Virus record (IMG/VR): IMGVR_UViG_3300042389_001858
Coordinates: 1 to 56,007 of that record
From: a virus
Lineage: Duplodnaviria > Caudoviricetes
Length of the DNA stretch: 56,007 nucleotides
Reading direction: 5' to 3' (one strand)
The position numbers were made by a program, and so were the translations under genes. Below, one piece after another: positions 16,762 through 26,402 of the stretch. Position 1 is the stretch's first letter. Each line of letters opens with the position of its first letter. The notes beneath the pieces are model-generated. The model was not told the origin of the DNA and did not search any database. It saw only the letters and a program-made list of their open reading frames with translations.

Positions 16762-17094
16762 ATGGCACTAATTAGAACTGGAACTGGATATGTATTCGGC
16801 CCAAAGGGCGCGGGGGCAGGGGCGCCGGGGGCAGGTGTAATTTCTACTTCAACCAATAGGCGCTACGGATCCGAGAATGAGGTGGTTGGCGGTGATGGGG
16901 AAATTCTGGATATTATATACTCTGGCGCAGAGGAGGGTATTACAGAAGTTTCAACTGGAGCCGCAGCAACGTTGAATACAGGTGACATTGGAACAGGATC
17001 TGCTACGGCCGGGGTTGTTATTCGCAGGAAAATCGACTTGTCCAATGAGGACATGGCTCGAGAGGAAGTGGAAAAAATTAAATTTACTCTATAA
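16762..17094 (+). CDS. Putative tail tube-like protein 1
   Basis: Small Gly/Thr/Ala-rich protein in the tube position. Its C-terminus LSNEDMAR parallels ATAEDFTR in the next gene. Confidence 0.45.
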   Translation: MALIRTGTGYVFGPKGAGAGAPGAGVISTSTNRRYGSENEVVGGDGEILDIIYSGAEEGITEVSTGAAATLNTGDIGTGSATAGVVIRRKIDLSNEDMAREEVEKIKFTL

Positions 17095-17095
17095 T

Positions 17096-17434
17096 ATGGC
17101 GATCATGACTTTAACGGGCTCGGCGAATGTAGGCACGGGGGGCGCGACCTGCGATGGAATCACTGAAATTACGAATGCTTCCGCAGAGGCTGCTGCGGGC
17201 ACGGTTGTGAGGGCTAAAAACAGCGCCGGGGATGTCAAGGCATTGCTGGTCGGCAAGAAATTGGTCACGCTTGCGGCATCCGGGTATGCCACCTCAATCA
17301 CCGGCCCCGCATTAGGTGGGGCCATCACGGTGGCCGGAAAAACAGGAAAAATCACATCGGCAACAATAGAGGCTACTGCAGAAGATTTTACAAGATTTTC
17401 TGCAGAAGGCAAGGCGGCCGGCCCTGGAATATAA
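17096..17434 (+). CDS. Putative tail tube-like protein 2
   Basis: ATG 2 nt after the previous stop. 112 aa, Thr/Ala/Gly-rich. Confidence 0.5.
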   Translation: MAIMTLTGSANVGTGGATCDGITEITNASAEAAAGTVVRAKNSAGDVKALLVGKKLVTLAASGYATSITGPALGGAITVAGKTGKITSATIEATAEDFTRFSAEGKAAGPGI

Positions 17435-17449
17435 GGAAAAACTAAAATT

Positions 17450-17872
17450 ATGTTTACTGCGAATGTAGTGGTTAATGTCTCTGGCCAAGTCGGGGGGTCA
17501 TACAACTCGGTTAATGAGATTCAAGCGGGCCTCAGGAATTCTGTGTTCGAGGCGATCCCGGCCTCGTCCACGACGGCGCTTTCTTTTGCCCTCGATGTCT
17601 CTGAAACCAAGCTTCTGGCCATGCGCTCTGATGTCCCTTTGATTGTAAAAACAAACTCGGCAACAAGTCCTGCCAATACATTTGAGCTTGACGCAGACGC
17701 CAGTTTTGTTTGGCCGATGGGTGAGGGAGCCTTGAAGGATACCTCTGGCGCCTCCGTGACGACCGACATTACCTCTTTGCATGTTGTAAACGCCGGGGAT
17801 GCCGGAACTCTCCGGATCGACGCATTTACAGATCCCACGCCGACTCCCTCGACTCCGCCGCCGACGCCGTAA
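17450..17872 (+). CDS. Hypothetical virion protein
   Basis: 140-aa beta-rich ORF in the tail operon. Confidence 0.65.
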   Translation: MFTANVVVNVSGQVGGSYNSVNEIQAGLRNSVFEAIPASSTTALSFALDVSETKLLAMRSDVPLIVKTNSATSPANTFELDADASFVWPMGEGALKDTSGASVTTDITSLHVVNAGDAGTLRIDAFTDPTPTPSTPPPTP

Positions 17873-18141
17873 TGGCAATGGAATTTGGGCATTATCGCTG
17901 GGCGCGCCTTGATTTTGTTATTCAGCTTCTGCGGCCTGGCGCAAAATTTTCTGCATCTCAGACGGTCAGGGAGGATGGCAGCAGTGATTGGAGTTTTTCA
18001 GAGTGGGAGGATGCGCGCCCGGTCCCGAGCCGTGAAGAAATTTTGGACGCGATCGGCAAGGTTAGGGCTCTTGAAGATTCTGTGAAAACTATTTATACAG
18101 ACGAACAGAAGGAAAATTTAGACGCCTACGGGGTGATTTAA
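17872..18141 (+). CDS. Small XkdW-like phage protein
   Basis: LRPGAKF...EWEDARPVPSREEI pattern. Confidence 0.5.
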   Translation: MAMEFGHYRWARLDFVIQLLRPGAKFSASQTVREDGSSDWSFSEWEDARPVPSREEILDAIGKVRALEDSVKTIYTDEQKENLDAYGVI

Positions 18142-18947
18142 TGGAGGCGCGGTTTGTTTTCGACCCCAGGTTTGAAGAGGGGTTCTTTCATGCCCCGCCG
18201 CGCAAGATTTGGGGAATGCGTCTGAGGCCGTTTTGTTATTGGCATAAAATTCAGCTTGAGAGGTTCCAAAGCAAATTTTTATTAGGCGGGGCGATCGGCT
18301 GCTGGGATATTTGGGTCGCGCTGCGGATTTGCAGCAGTCAATATCCGCGGCTCGCAGCCATTCCATCAGAGCCCGCCTCGCTCTGGTATTTGTATTGGAA
18401 GGTTGCTTATGGTTGGCGGGAAAAAACAAAGACCGCACAATCTGTAGTGGATTACATTAGTGATTATGCCTCGCCGCCAAAGTTTTGGGCTGGCAAGGGA
18501 AGCTCGAGGATGCGTCTCGCGGAGGCATATGCCCATCTGGCGAAAGTCAGCGGGATCGCTTCTTATATGGAGAGGGCGGCGGAGGCTGAAGCGGAGGCAA
18601 GCGCGAGTTCAAAGCCGAGGGAGATCGATGACTCGATCGAGCAGGTGGCGCTATTTATGCAAAAGTCGGGGAGCGGTCCTGCGGAGGCTTGGAATATGCC
18701 GCTGGGGGAGATTGTTTGGTATAATGTTTGCTTTTTAAGGCAAGACGGCGCGGATCTGCCGATATGGACTCCGCGCGATGAGGAGGCATTCGAGTTGAAC
18801 AAGATTGAGCGATACAAAAGAATCGCAGCGAAGGCGAATGAGATCAGGGGCGAATATCCGGGGGCAAGCGAGTCTTTGATCTTGGCTCATGCCGCGGCGA
18901 GATACTGGGAAGATGTTGTTGCCGTTCAGCGAAAATACGATGGTTGA
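18141..18947 (+). CDS. Putative tail assembly chaperone
   Basis: Immediately upstream of the tape measure gene; EAWNMPLGE motif. Confidence 0.55.
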   Translation: MEARFVFDPRFEEGFFHAPPRKIWGMRLRPFCYWHKIQLERFQSKFLLGGAIGCWDIWVALRICSSQYPRLAAIPSEPASLWYLYWKVAYGWREKTKTAQSVVDYISDYASPPKFWAGKGSSRMRLAEAYAHLAKVSGIASYMERAAEAEAEASASSKPREIDDSIEQVALFMQKSGSGPAEAWNMPLGEIVWYNVCFLRQDGADLPIWTPRDEEAFELNKIERYKRIAAKANEIRGEYPGASESLILAHAAARYWEDVVAVQRKYDG

Positions 18948-18964
18948 CCGGGCGGTCGAGGGGG

Positions 18965-21900
18965 ATGCAGAGCTTGCCAAAGCCGCCCGCCGGGGCGTGG
19001 AAAATTGTTAAAGACATAATTGCCGACACTGTGGGGCCGATGGCCTTGTTGGGCGTGGCGGCGTCAAAATTTGTTAGCGCTTCGGCTGGGGCTGCGCTGA
19101 ATGCTCAAAAGATGCAGCAGGCTCTTCAAGCAGTTGATGGGGTAGAGCGGCTAAAAATTCAATTTGAAAAACTATTGGGCAGCAGCACGGCGGCGACCAA
19201 TCAAATCAAGGTGTTGGCAAGCGTTGCGTCCCAAGGGGCGTTCTCCATGCCAGCGCTCGCAGAGGCGGCCAAGAACCTCCAGGTTTTAACCAATGGGGCT
19301 CTCAATACAGAGTCTTCATTGCGGCGCGTGCAGGATGCGGCGGCCGCCTCCGGGGCGCCGGTTGATTCCATGGCGACCGCGATTGGTGAGTTGTATTCTT
19401 CTTTGCAGCGCGCAGACGGCAGTGCGTCGTCCGCGGCCGCGACCCTCGCTCAAATCGGGGGAATCAGCAAGACGACCGCCTCACAGGTGGAATCGATGGT
19501 CGGCGCCGGAGTGGGGCTGAGTGCTACCTGGAGGCTGGTCGAACAGGACTTGGCAAGAACCAGCGGGGCCGCAAGCGTCCTTGGGGGAACAATATCTGGA
19601 CTGACGCAGCAGCTTGAGGAAGTTCAAAGGGCGGGAAATACAAGGATCGGTGAAATATTTGAATCGGGTGAAAAGGCAGGGCTTGAGGCGGCTATAGCAT
19701 TCGAGCAATTTAAAAACAAGGTGGCCGAGGCCAATGCTGCGCCGTGGGCGGCCTTAACTGGGCAAATCAATGGTGTCAAAAAATCATTCGCCGATTTTCT
19801 GAATTCACTAAAATCCAGCGACATTCAGAATATTTTCCAAACGCTTTCCGTAGTGGCTATTGGAGTTTTGACCGGGCTCGTTGCGGGCTTTGTGGCGCTG
19901 GCGGGTGCGGCAGCCCGCGCCGCCTTGCAGATCAGGGTTGTTCAGGTTGCATTGGCTGGTGTTGCGAAATATTCAAAGTTGTGGGCGGGAATGACTGCGG
20001 GGGTCGCTGTGGTTGCTGCCGGTTTTGCATATTTGACTACGAAAATCTTGGAGGCGACAGGCAGGCTTCAGGAGCTAATTGCAGAGAGGGAAAAACTAAA
20101 AAAGTCTGGCGCGCAGGAATTTGGTGAATTGTATAGCCGCGCGCAAACAACACAAACCCCAGAGCAAAAAAAACAGCTTGAGTCTGATATTGATGCAAGG
20201 ATCGCTGAGTCTCGTCAGCGCAGGGATGAATTTTCCAGCAAGAGAAATGAGGCCGAGCAAAGAATGCAAAGCCTGAATCCTTACGAGCGTTTTGGGTTCA
20301 ACAAGCAGGCAAAGTATCAGGCGGAGCAGGGCATGCGCGATGAGGAATTAAAGCAGCAGCGGTTGGAGGCGCTTAAATCGGTGCTCAATGAGCAGGAGGG
20401 CATGGGCGTCGATCAGAAGATGCTGGATGTTTCAAGGGAGCGACTCGAGATAGAAAAGCAAATCCTTAAAGCGGCGAGAGAGCGTCTTCAAGAAAATATG
20501 ACGCCTGGCAATGCTGCCGCCGCGGCCGGAGAAAGCGTGGAGGAGCTTGGTTCAAAATTGGAAAATGCAGAAAAGACCCAGGCGACCAATTTTGAGGAGC
20601 AGAAAAAATTGGAAAAGACAAGTGCGGCAGTGGCCGAGGCGGGGGCGAAGCGCGCGGATATTGTGGGATTGGCTGCCGAGAACGCGGCTATGGAAAAAAA
20701 TCTCGGAGGCAAGCCTACTCAAAATACAGGCGAGGGGTGGAACTGGAGGACAGGCTTTCGCCCGAGGCAACGCGGATCGAACGATCAGATTGCAAGATAC
20801 GAAGAAAATCAGGCCAAGATCGCGCAGGCGGGTGGGGAAGGGGTTGATTTTAGTGGATATGACGATTTGAGGGATTCGGCACAGACCGATCTCGGAAAGC
20901 TTCAGGCAGAGCGGGCCAAGCGGCAAGCGATGTTGAATGAAAAGGGGCGGGCGGCGGGGGATTATGCGACCCTTGTGGCCCAGGGGGCGCCGGAAGATGC
21001 TATCTCTGCCGCCAAGTCTCGAATGGACTCCATCAATCAACAGCTTGGGGATCTTGCTGACTTGAAGACGGGCCAGCGGCTCGGGTTCGATCAAGATGGG
21101 AATGCGATTGGCGTGCGTGGGGATACCCTGCAGGGGATGGACACCGAGATTAAATCGGCCACAGACAACGCTGATGCCAATCGGATTCGACAAGAGCTTG
21201 AGGCGGCAAAAATCAGAAAACAAGGAGCCGACGAAGCCTTGGCCCAAGAGAAGGCCATGATTGAGGCGGGGCAGCGAAGATTGGAAGCAGAAGAGCAAAT
21301 CAGCGCTTTGAAGATGGCCGGGGCGGATGGGGCAGCCGCCCAGGCCGAGTTCAATGAATCGAATGCGGGGTTGCAAAAGAGACTCAAGGCGGTCAAGGAC
21401 CTGGAGGCTGCGGAGGCGAAGTTTAGGGCGTCTAAAAAGGAGTCAACGGACGTTGATGAGTTGAATGCCGCGCGCGTCAGGGCGATGGAGCAGGGGTATC
21501 AGCAGGGAGACAGTTCGCAATCGGTTCAGTTGGAAGTAGCCCAGGCCAAGCAAATTTTAGAGATAAAAAAGCAAATCGCTGAAACCGAGCGTGCGGCGGC
21601 CGAATTTAGGCGCAATGAAATAATGCAGGAGCTTCGCATGCAGCAGCAGCTTATGCAGCTCAGGATCAACGAGGCAAGGGGATTAAAGGGCGAGGAGGCG
21701 GGGCCTTCAGAGAGGGAAATTATGAGGGGCGAGAGGGCAAGGAAGTCGCAAAATCTTCAAAAGGCACTTCCTCTGTTGGATCAGCGGGAATCTCTTGTTA
21801 AGAAGGCTGAGTCGGGCGGGGAATTAAGTTCATCCGAAGCCAAAAAACTTGCAGACCTGAACAAGCAGCTTGCCGAACTGGGGGTTGGGGCAGGGCAAAA

Positions 21901-22405
21901 TCGTAGGGACATCGAAATCCAAATTAAAGCGATCGGCATGGAGGAGGCGGAGCAGCTGATAAGAGATGTAGAAGGAAGGAAACGGGCGGCTTCCGATATG
22001 CAGATTGATATGCAGAGGACGATCGAGCAATATGGGTTTGGGGATCAGGCGTTCAATGCGAGGCAGTCGAGGCTTAATCTGCAGCAACAGGCGACGACAG
22101 ATCAGAAATATCAGGAATTTAAGGATGCTGGATTTGAGCCGGAGGACGCCAAGGGGCTTGCGGAGATTGAGGCGATGCGCGAGCGGTTGGCTGACGAAAT
22201 TGCATATGAGGGCAAGCCGCGTGTGGACAGTCTTACGGCAGTTGGCGGCGGGGCTGGATTTGTGGGCCTCGTTCCTGGGCAGGACAAAATGGATCGTTTG
22301 GCGCAATTGGCCGAGCAGCAAAAGGCTATCTTGGAAAAGATTGCGCAACAAAATGATGCGGCACTCCAGACCGCTCAAAATGAAATCAACAAAAACAACT
22401 TCTAG
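18965..22405 (+). CDS. Tape measure protein
   Basis: About 1146 aa, helical and Ala/Glu/Gln-rich. FEKLLGS..FSMPALAEAAKNL..RVQDAAA tape-measure N-domain and a hydrophobic segment. Confidence 0.88.
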   Translation: MQSLPKPPAGAWKIVKDIIADTVGPMALLGVAASKFVSASAGAALNAQKMQQALQAVDGVERLKIQFEKLLGSSTAATNQIKVLASVASQGAFSMPALAEAAKNLQVLTNGALNTESSLRRVQDAAAASGAPVDSMATAIGELYSSLQRADGSASSAAATLAQIGGISKTTASQVESMVGAGVGLSATWRLVEQDLARTSGAASVLGGTISGLTQQLEEVQRAGNTRIGEIFESGEKAGLEAAIAFEQFKNKVAEANAAPWAALTGQINGVKKSFADFLNSLKSSDIQNIFQTLSVVAIGVLTGLVAGFVALAGAAARAALQIRVVQVALAGVAKYSKLWAGMTAGVAVVAAGFAYLTTKILEATGRLQELIAEREKLKKSGAQEFGELYSRAQTTQTPEQKKQLESDIDARIAESRQRRDEFSSKRNEAEQRMQSLNPYERFGFNKQAKYQAEQGMRDEELKQQRLEALKSVLNEQEGMGVDQKMLDVSRERLEIEKQILKAARERLQENMTPGNAAAAAGESVEELGSKLENAEKTQATNFEEQKKLEKTSAAVAEAGAKRADIVGLAAENAAMEKNLGGKPTQNTGEGWNWRTGFRPRQRGSNDQIARYEENQAKIAQAGGEGVDFSGYDDLRDSAQTDLGKLQAERAKRQAMLNEKGRAAGDYATLVAQGAPEDAISAAKSRMDSINQQLGDLADLKTGQRLGFDQDGNAIGVRGDTLQGMDTEIKSATDNADANRIRQELEAAKIRKQGADEALAQEKAMIEAGQRRLEAEEQISALKMAGADGAAAQAEFNESNAGLQKRLKAVKDLEAAEAKFRASKKESTDVDELNAARVRAMEQGYQQGDSSQSVQLEVAQAKQILEIKKQIAETERAAAEFRRNEIMQELRMQQQLMQLRINEARGLKGEEAGPSEREIMRGERARKSQNLQKALPLLDQRESLVKKAESGGELSSSEAKKLADLNKQLAELGVGAGQNRRDIEIQIKAIGMEEAEQLIRDVEGRKRAASDMQIDMQRTIEQYGFGDQAFNARQSRLNLQQQATTDQKYQEFKDAGFEPEDAKGLAEIEAMRERLADEIAYEGKPRVDSLTAVGGGAGFVGLVPGQDKMDRLAQLAEQQKAILEKIAQQNDAALQTAQNEINKNNF

Positions 22406-22407
22406 CT

Positions 22408-23112
22408 ATGGGTAGAAATGTCTTGAGCATGCAGTTAAATAACTTGAGAGAAACGCCTTTCATATTGGTTTCGGATGAGTGGGACAGGAAGCGCGGGAGG
22501 CGGCGGGTTTGGAAGAAGATTTATGTGGGCCTCAGCGAGAATAAGATTCCATCGTTAAACCCTCCCAATCCTGGAATTAGGGCGGGCCTCACATCGATTG
22601 ATGTAAATAATGAAGACGGCCTGACTACTGTTGTATGGACATTTGAAGGGGAGCCTGAAACTAGGGATGGATACCTTGAATTGGAGGGCAGCACATCCAC
22701 TGAGCCGATTACAATGCACCCCGACATCGAGCGGATAGCAAAAAAATATGCCAGAGGAATGAAGGACGGGGAGGTGGATTGGAAGTTGAAGGCCCCCGGG
22801 GGTGGATCAACTGGATTAAGTGTAGACTCAAGCGGAAGGGCGATAAATCCATTTTACGGAGTAACGGACTTTTTGCGCGCCACTGCGACGGCGACATGGA
22901 CGCAGTGGTATTCCAGTCGGGGCGCTATTCCGGGTAGTGTCGCCAATGGTGTTGCAAAGATTTCGCAGCCTGAGGGCCTTTCTGGCGCCGAAAGCGGGCA
23001 GTGGCTTTGTATCGGGGCGCGCATCCAGCAGGTGGGGTCTGCGTTTAGGGTATCGAGAAGCTGGATGGCTGCTGCTGGAAGGGGAAAATGGAATAGTCGT
23101 CTTTACTCATGA
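22408..23112 (+). CDS. Putative distal tail/baseplate protein (paralog A)
   Basis: Follows the tape measure gene. EPITMHPDIE and NPFYGVTDF are shared with the next gene. Confidence 0.6.
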   Translation: MGRNVLSMQLNNLRETPFILVSDEWDRKRGRRRVWKKIYVGLSENKIPSLNPPNPGIRAGLTSIDVNNEDGLTTVVWTFEGEPETRDGYLELEGSTSTEPITMHPDIERIAKKYARGMKDGEVDWKLKAPGGGSTGLSVDSSGRAINPFYGVTDFLRATATATWTQWYSSRGAIPGSVANGVAKISQPEGLSGAESGQWLCIGARIQQVGSAFRVSRSWMAAAGRGKWNSRLYS

Positions 23113-23834
23113 AAACAACAGGGCAAAGTCCGGTTAGGCTGGAAAGTTTTCGTTGGGAAAAACCAGGGATTGCCACCATCGTGTATGTTCAGTTGGTTGC
23201 ACATGGCGGGGCGCCTGCGGGGATACCTAGCCCAGAGAGCCCAGTCGCGGTCAAGTATCAAGGGTATTCGATGCGGAATGTCGGGTCGCATATGGAGTTC
23301 AGGTGGTTTTTTAGGGGTGCTGAAGACATGCCTAGATCGGCCACGGACACATCTCCTGGCGGATTGCACTCGGAGCAGTGGAGTATGGATATTTCGTTGC
23401 TTCAGGTTCCAATCACAAGCCACCCGGACATAGACGATATAATGCAAGACTATGGCGGAGTCTTGCGTGCCGGAGAAGTTGAGTTTCCTCCTTATGTTAA
23501 GGGTGGAACAAATCCCTTTTACGGGGTTCGTGATTTTTTTGCGCCTGGACTGATTTTAAGAGTTCAAAGGGTCAAGCCTCAAAAATCCGGCAGCAATACC
23601 GGCAGCGTCTCGCAGCTTGACGGGCTTGGTTATATTGAGGCTCCCACTGGGAGCGCTTTCGGGTTTGTTACGGGCTCGACCGGGGGAAATAGATCACCTT
23701 GGCTGAAGACCGAATATAGTTTTAGGGCAGAGGGTGATCAGATTGTTGAGACGGAGGGGTGGAGATATGGCGGAATTGGGGGTCGGGGCGGGTGGTTGCG
23801 GGAGATTTATCGGCCGCGCGATTCCAGATTTTAA
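23109..23834 (+). CDS. Putative distal tail/baseplate protein (paralog B)
   Basis: VPITSHPDID and NPFYGVRDF. Confidence 0.6.
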   Translation: MKTTGQSPVRLESFRWEKPGIATIVYVQLVAHGGAPAGIPSPESPVAVKYQGYSMRNVGSHMEFRWFFRGAEDMPRSATDTSPGGLHSEQWSMDISLLQVPITSHPDIDDIMQDYGGVLRAGEVEFPPYVKGGTNPFYGVRDFFAPGLILRVQRVKPQKSGSNTGSVSQLDGLGYIEAPTGSAFGFVTGSTGGNRSPWLKTEYSFRAEGDQIVETEGWRYGGIGGRGGWLREIYRPRDSRF

Positions 23835-24478
23835 TGATATTGATAAAAAAAATAAAGTCGACCGTCATTGATTATAATGTCGGCCCCGGCCTCTCAATAA
23901 GGAAATCGGGGGCTTCCGCCGTCGTGCACGACACGACAAGAAAGAAGCAGTTTCGCGGAGCTTTCTGTGTAGATGGCAATTTCAAGAGTGAGGAAGTTTT
24001 TGAATGCACTGTTGGAATTGGATTTGTAAATATGATCGAGCCGGAAATTCGAGGTCTTAAGATCAGCGGGGTCGACGAGGACGGGTGGCCGCTTCCTGGT
24101 GGAAAGCCCATGCTTTCTGGGGCAGAGTATGGCCCTCAGGGCATTTGTTACATATGTTTGGATATTACGATTGACGATGATGGCAACATTGAGTCACCCA
24201 TTGAGGTTATTATGAGTCCTCGGTGTGGTCAGCAAGAAAGGAATTTACTGCACCCTATAGCGGCATTCGGCAAGGATGGTGAAATTTTCCAAATGGCTTA
24301 TTTTGACTATACGCACAGCGCTGTAAGAATGAGGCAGATTCCAAATACCGTTCTTGATGACCCGAAGGCATGGATTCACTATATGGTCCCGAACTTGGGA
24401 GATAACTTTTTTAGCAACAACCAAAGGCCGGCGCCTGCCATTCCGCCTGTGAATTCCGCTCTTGTGCGGTGGTTATGA
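23834..24478 (+). CDS. Putative tail tip protein
   Basis: TAATG coupling. GFVN..P motif shared with the next two genes. Confidence 0.6.
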   Translation: MILIKKIKSTVIDYNVGPGLSIRKSGASAVVHDTTRKKQFRGAFCVDGNFKSEEVFECTVGIGFVNMIEPEIRGLKISGVDEDGWPLPGGKPMLSGAEYGPQGICYICLDITIDDDGNIESPIEVIMSPRCGQQERNLLHPIAAFGKDGEIFQMAYFDYTHSAVRMRQIPNTVLDDPKAWIHYMVPNLGDNFFSNNQRPAPAIPPVNSALVRWL

Positions 24479-24987
24479 AATCAGCGGAGCAAACCGGAAA
24501 ACTTGGCGGGTTTGGTTATGCTCGCCCGTCCTTTAGTAGGGCGTGGTATATTGATGGCGGGGTTAGTAACGGGCGTATTGATGTGTCGATCACGCCTGGA
24601 TTTGTTAATGGATACCAGCCAACAATAAGTGGAGTGCCGATCGGGGGAGGTGGGAGGTTGCCGCCAAGATTGAGGGGGGCGGCTCAATTTGATACTTACG
24701 GGCGCTGTTATATTTCCGTCTGCGTAACGGTTGATGTGACAAGTGGACTCATGAAGGTCCCGCCTGGTCAGGATGATATTACTATGGCGATAACCAATAT
24801 CCGCAACGGGGGCGAGAATATTCAGCCCACATGGCTTGGCAAATGGTATCATCCGGTTGCGGTTGTGCATCACAAGGGATTTATAGAGAGGGTCTGCTAT
24901 TTTGATCTATTGCATTGGACTTCGTTTGCCGGTGGCGCGCAAGTCGGGGCCAAGAAGTATCCAGACCATTTTTTTTCCATCGTATGA
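24475..24987 (+). CDS. Putative tail tip protein
   Basis: PGFVNGYQP, GRCYI, HPVA and CYFD; a paralog of the 23834 gene. Confidence 0.6.
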   Translation: MKSAEQTGKLGGFGYARPSFSRAWYIDGGVSNGRIDVSITPGFVNGYQPTISGVPIGGGGRLPPRLRGAAQFDTYGRCYISVCVTVDVTSGLMKVPPGQDDITMAITNIRNGGENIQPTWLGKWYHPVAVVHHKGFIERVCYFDLLHWTSFAGGAQVGAKKYPDHFFSIV

Positions 24988-26177
24988 TTTTTGTTAGGCA
25001 AAGGAATAAAAGCCGAATCGATTCGGGGCCGGGGATCCAGGGGGTTCATTTGGCGCCGCCGAGCGAGTCAAGGCGACTGGGTGAATCTTTTTCTTTTTCT
25101 GGAAAGAATGGGACATTTAGAGTTAGGGAGATTGATCAGGGCGGGCGCAAGTCGGTCCTGCTGGAAAGGCGGCGCGGCAGGGATTGGCCGCATCCATGGT
25201 TCACAGAGCTTCTTTGGTCCGAAAAATACAAGGATTGGGCTGCGCAGGTTAAGCCGGGATTCGTGAACGGAATCGACCCTGTTTGTCCTGCCGCTGATGA
25301 TATTCCCCCATTTACGGAACCGGCCATTTCCTTTTCAGGAAAAGCTCAGCTTTCGTCTCCGGGGCTGATGGATGGTCCTCTGATTCCGTTGAGCGGGCCT
25401 GCTGTATGGAAGACCCCAGGATCAATTCCTTATGCGGTTAAGAAATTTTTTGACACAGTGAGTATTGAGCCCAGGGTCTCCTTAAGTGGGTCAATAAGAG
25501 ATATTGATAATGCTCGAATTTTAATCGATGAAACCCGGGTCCGGGCAGCGCAGGCTGCGGGGGAGTCTCAGGGGTCCGAGCGCGAAGTTTATTCCACTGA
25601 TATAGTTGTGATTGTCGCAAGGCCGTCCTACCAGCAGGACAATCAGATTAGGAGTGATGGGTTTGGCGGTATTTGGACCGATGTAAATGTCGGGTTCAGC
25701 GTTCTTTCTGTTATGAACTTTCCAAGGCCCAGACTTCAAATCATGCAAATGCCTAAGTCTTCAAATAATTCATTTCCCGGAACATTTGATCCTCTAAAGG
25801 CGAGTCAAGGTGACGAGGGGCTTGATTATTTGAAGATTGGCACAATTTATGCCGCATCCCCAATCAAGCCGCCGAGCGGCGATATTGATATGAGCTCTAT
25901 TTTAGGTTCCGCCGATCGGGGGAGATTCGGAATTCCCGAGGATTGGGAGATGCTTGTTCAGTATAATGTGTTTTGGAATTTAGAGCACCGAGCGCGGAAC
26001 TTGCGGCCAATCAACTTGAGGCAAGGTCCCGTTGTTGATGCGGCCACCTCAATGTTTGTTGGCAGATACGCGCCAGGGGCGGTGGGGACGACCAATATGA
26101 TTGCCAACTTGGGAAACTCGATTTTTTCCAACGTGCTAAATTCAAGGACCAATGAGGGCACATTCTGGAATACATGA
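24984..26177 (+). CDS. Putative tail tip protein
   Basis: ATGA coupling; PGFVNGIDP. Confidence 0.6.
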   Translation: MIFVRQRNKSRIDSGPGIQGVHLAPPSESRRLGESFSFSGKNGTFRVREIDQGGRKSVLLERRRGRDWPHPWFTELLWSEKYKDWAAQVKPGFVNGIDPVCPAADDIPPFTEPAISFSGKAQLSSPGLMDGPLIPLSGPAVWKTPGSIPYAVKKFFDTVSIEPRVSLSGSIRDIDNARILIDETRVRAAQAAGESQGSEREVYSTDIVVIVARPSYQQDNQIRSDGFGGIWTDVNVGFSVLSVMNFPRPRLQIMQMPKSSNNSFPGTFDPLKASQGDEGLDYLKIGTIYAASPIKPPSGDIDMSSILGSADRGRFGIPEDWEMLVQYNVFWNLEHRARNLRPINLRQGPVVDAATSMFVGRYAPGAVGTTNMIANLGNSIFSNVLNSRTNEGTFWNT

Positions 26178-26377
26178 AAGAAAAGCCAGTTTCCCTTAAC
26201 AAGCTTCTTCAGCTAACGACTCCGCGCGAACAGTGGGAGGACCCCGATGCTGCGGAGTATCTGCTTAACCCTCCTTTTCCATACTCGATAAAGGCATTTG
26301 ACGCGAGGTTTCTCGGAGCAATAAGGTCCGACTCCAGGCATTCGGCAAAAAATCCCGTTTCCGCGAGCGAGTCCTGA
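26174..26377 (+). CDS. Small hypothetical protein
   Basis: ATGA coupling; ends just before a GTTGAC motif. Confidence 0.55.
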   Translation: MKEKPVSLNKLLQLTTPREQWEDPDAAEYLLNPPFPYSIKAFDARFLGAIRSDSRHSAKNPVSASES

Positions 26378-26402
26378 TGTTGACGCTGGGGCGGATGTCG
26401 GT

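Noticed and set aside
17872-18947. Programmed tail-chaperone frameshift
   Set aside because: No convincing slippery site was found at the ORF junction; the genes are TAATG-coupled.
18944-18964. TTG starts called at 18944, 34401 and 50018
   Set aside because: The TTG belongs to the GTTGAC motif and is in frame only when the gap is 16 nt. The downstream ATG matches the pattern of the other copies.
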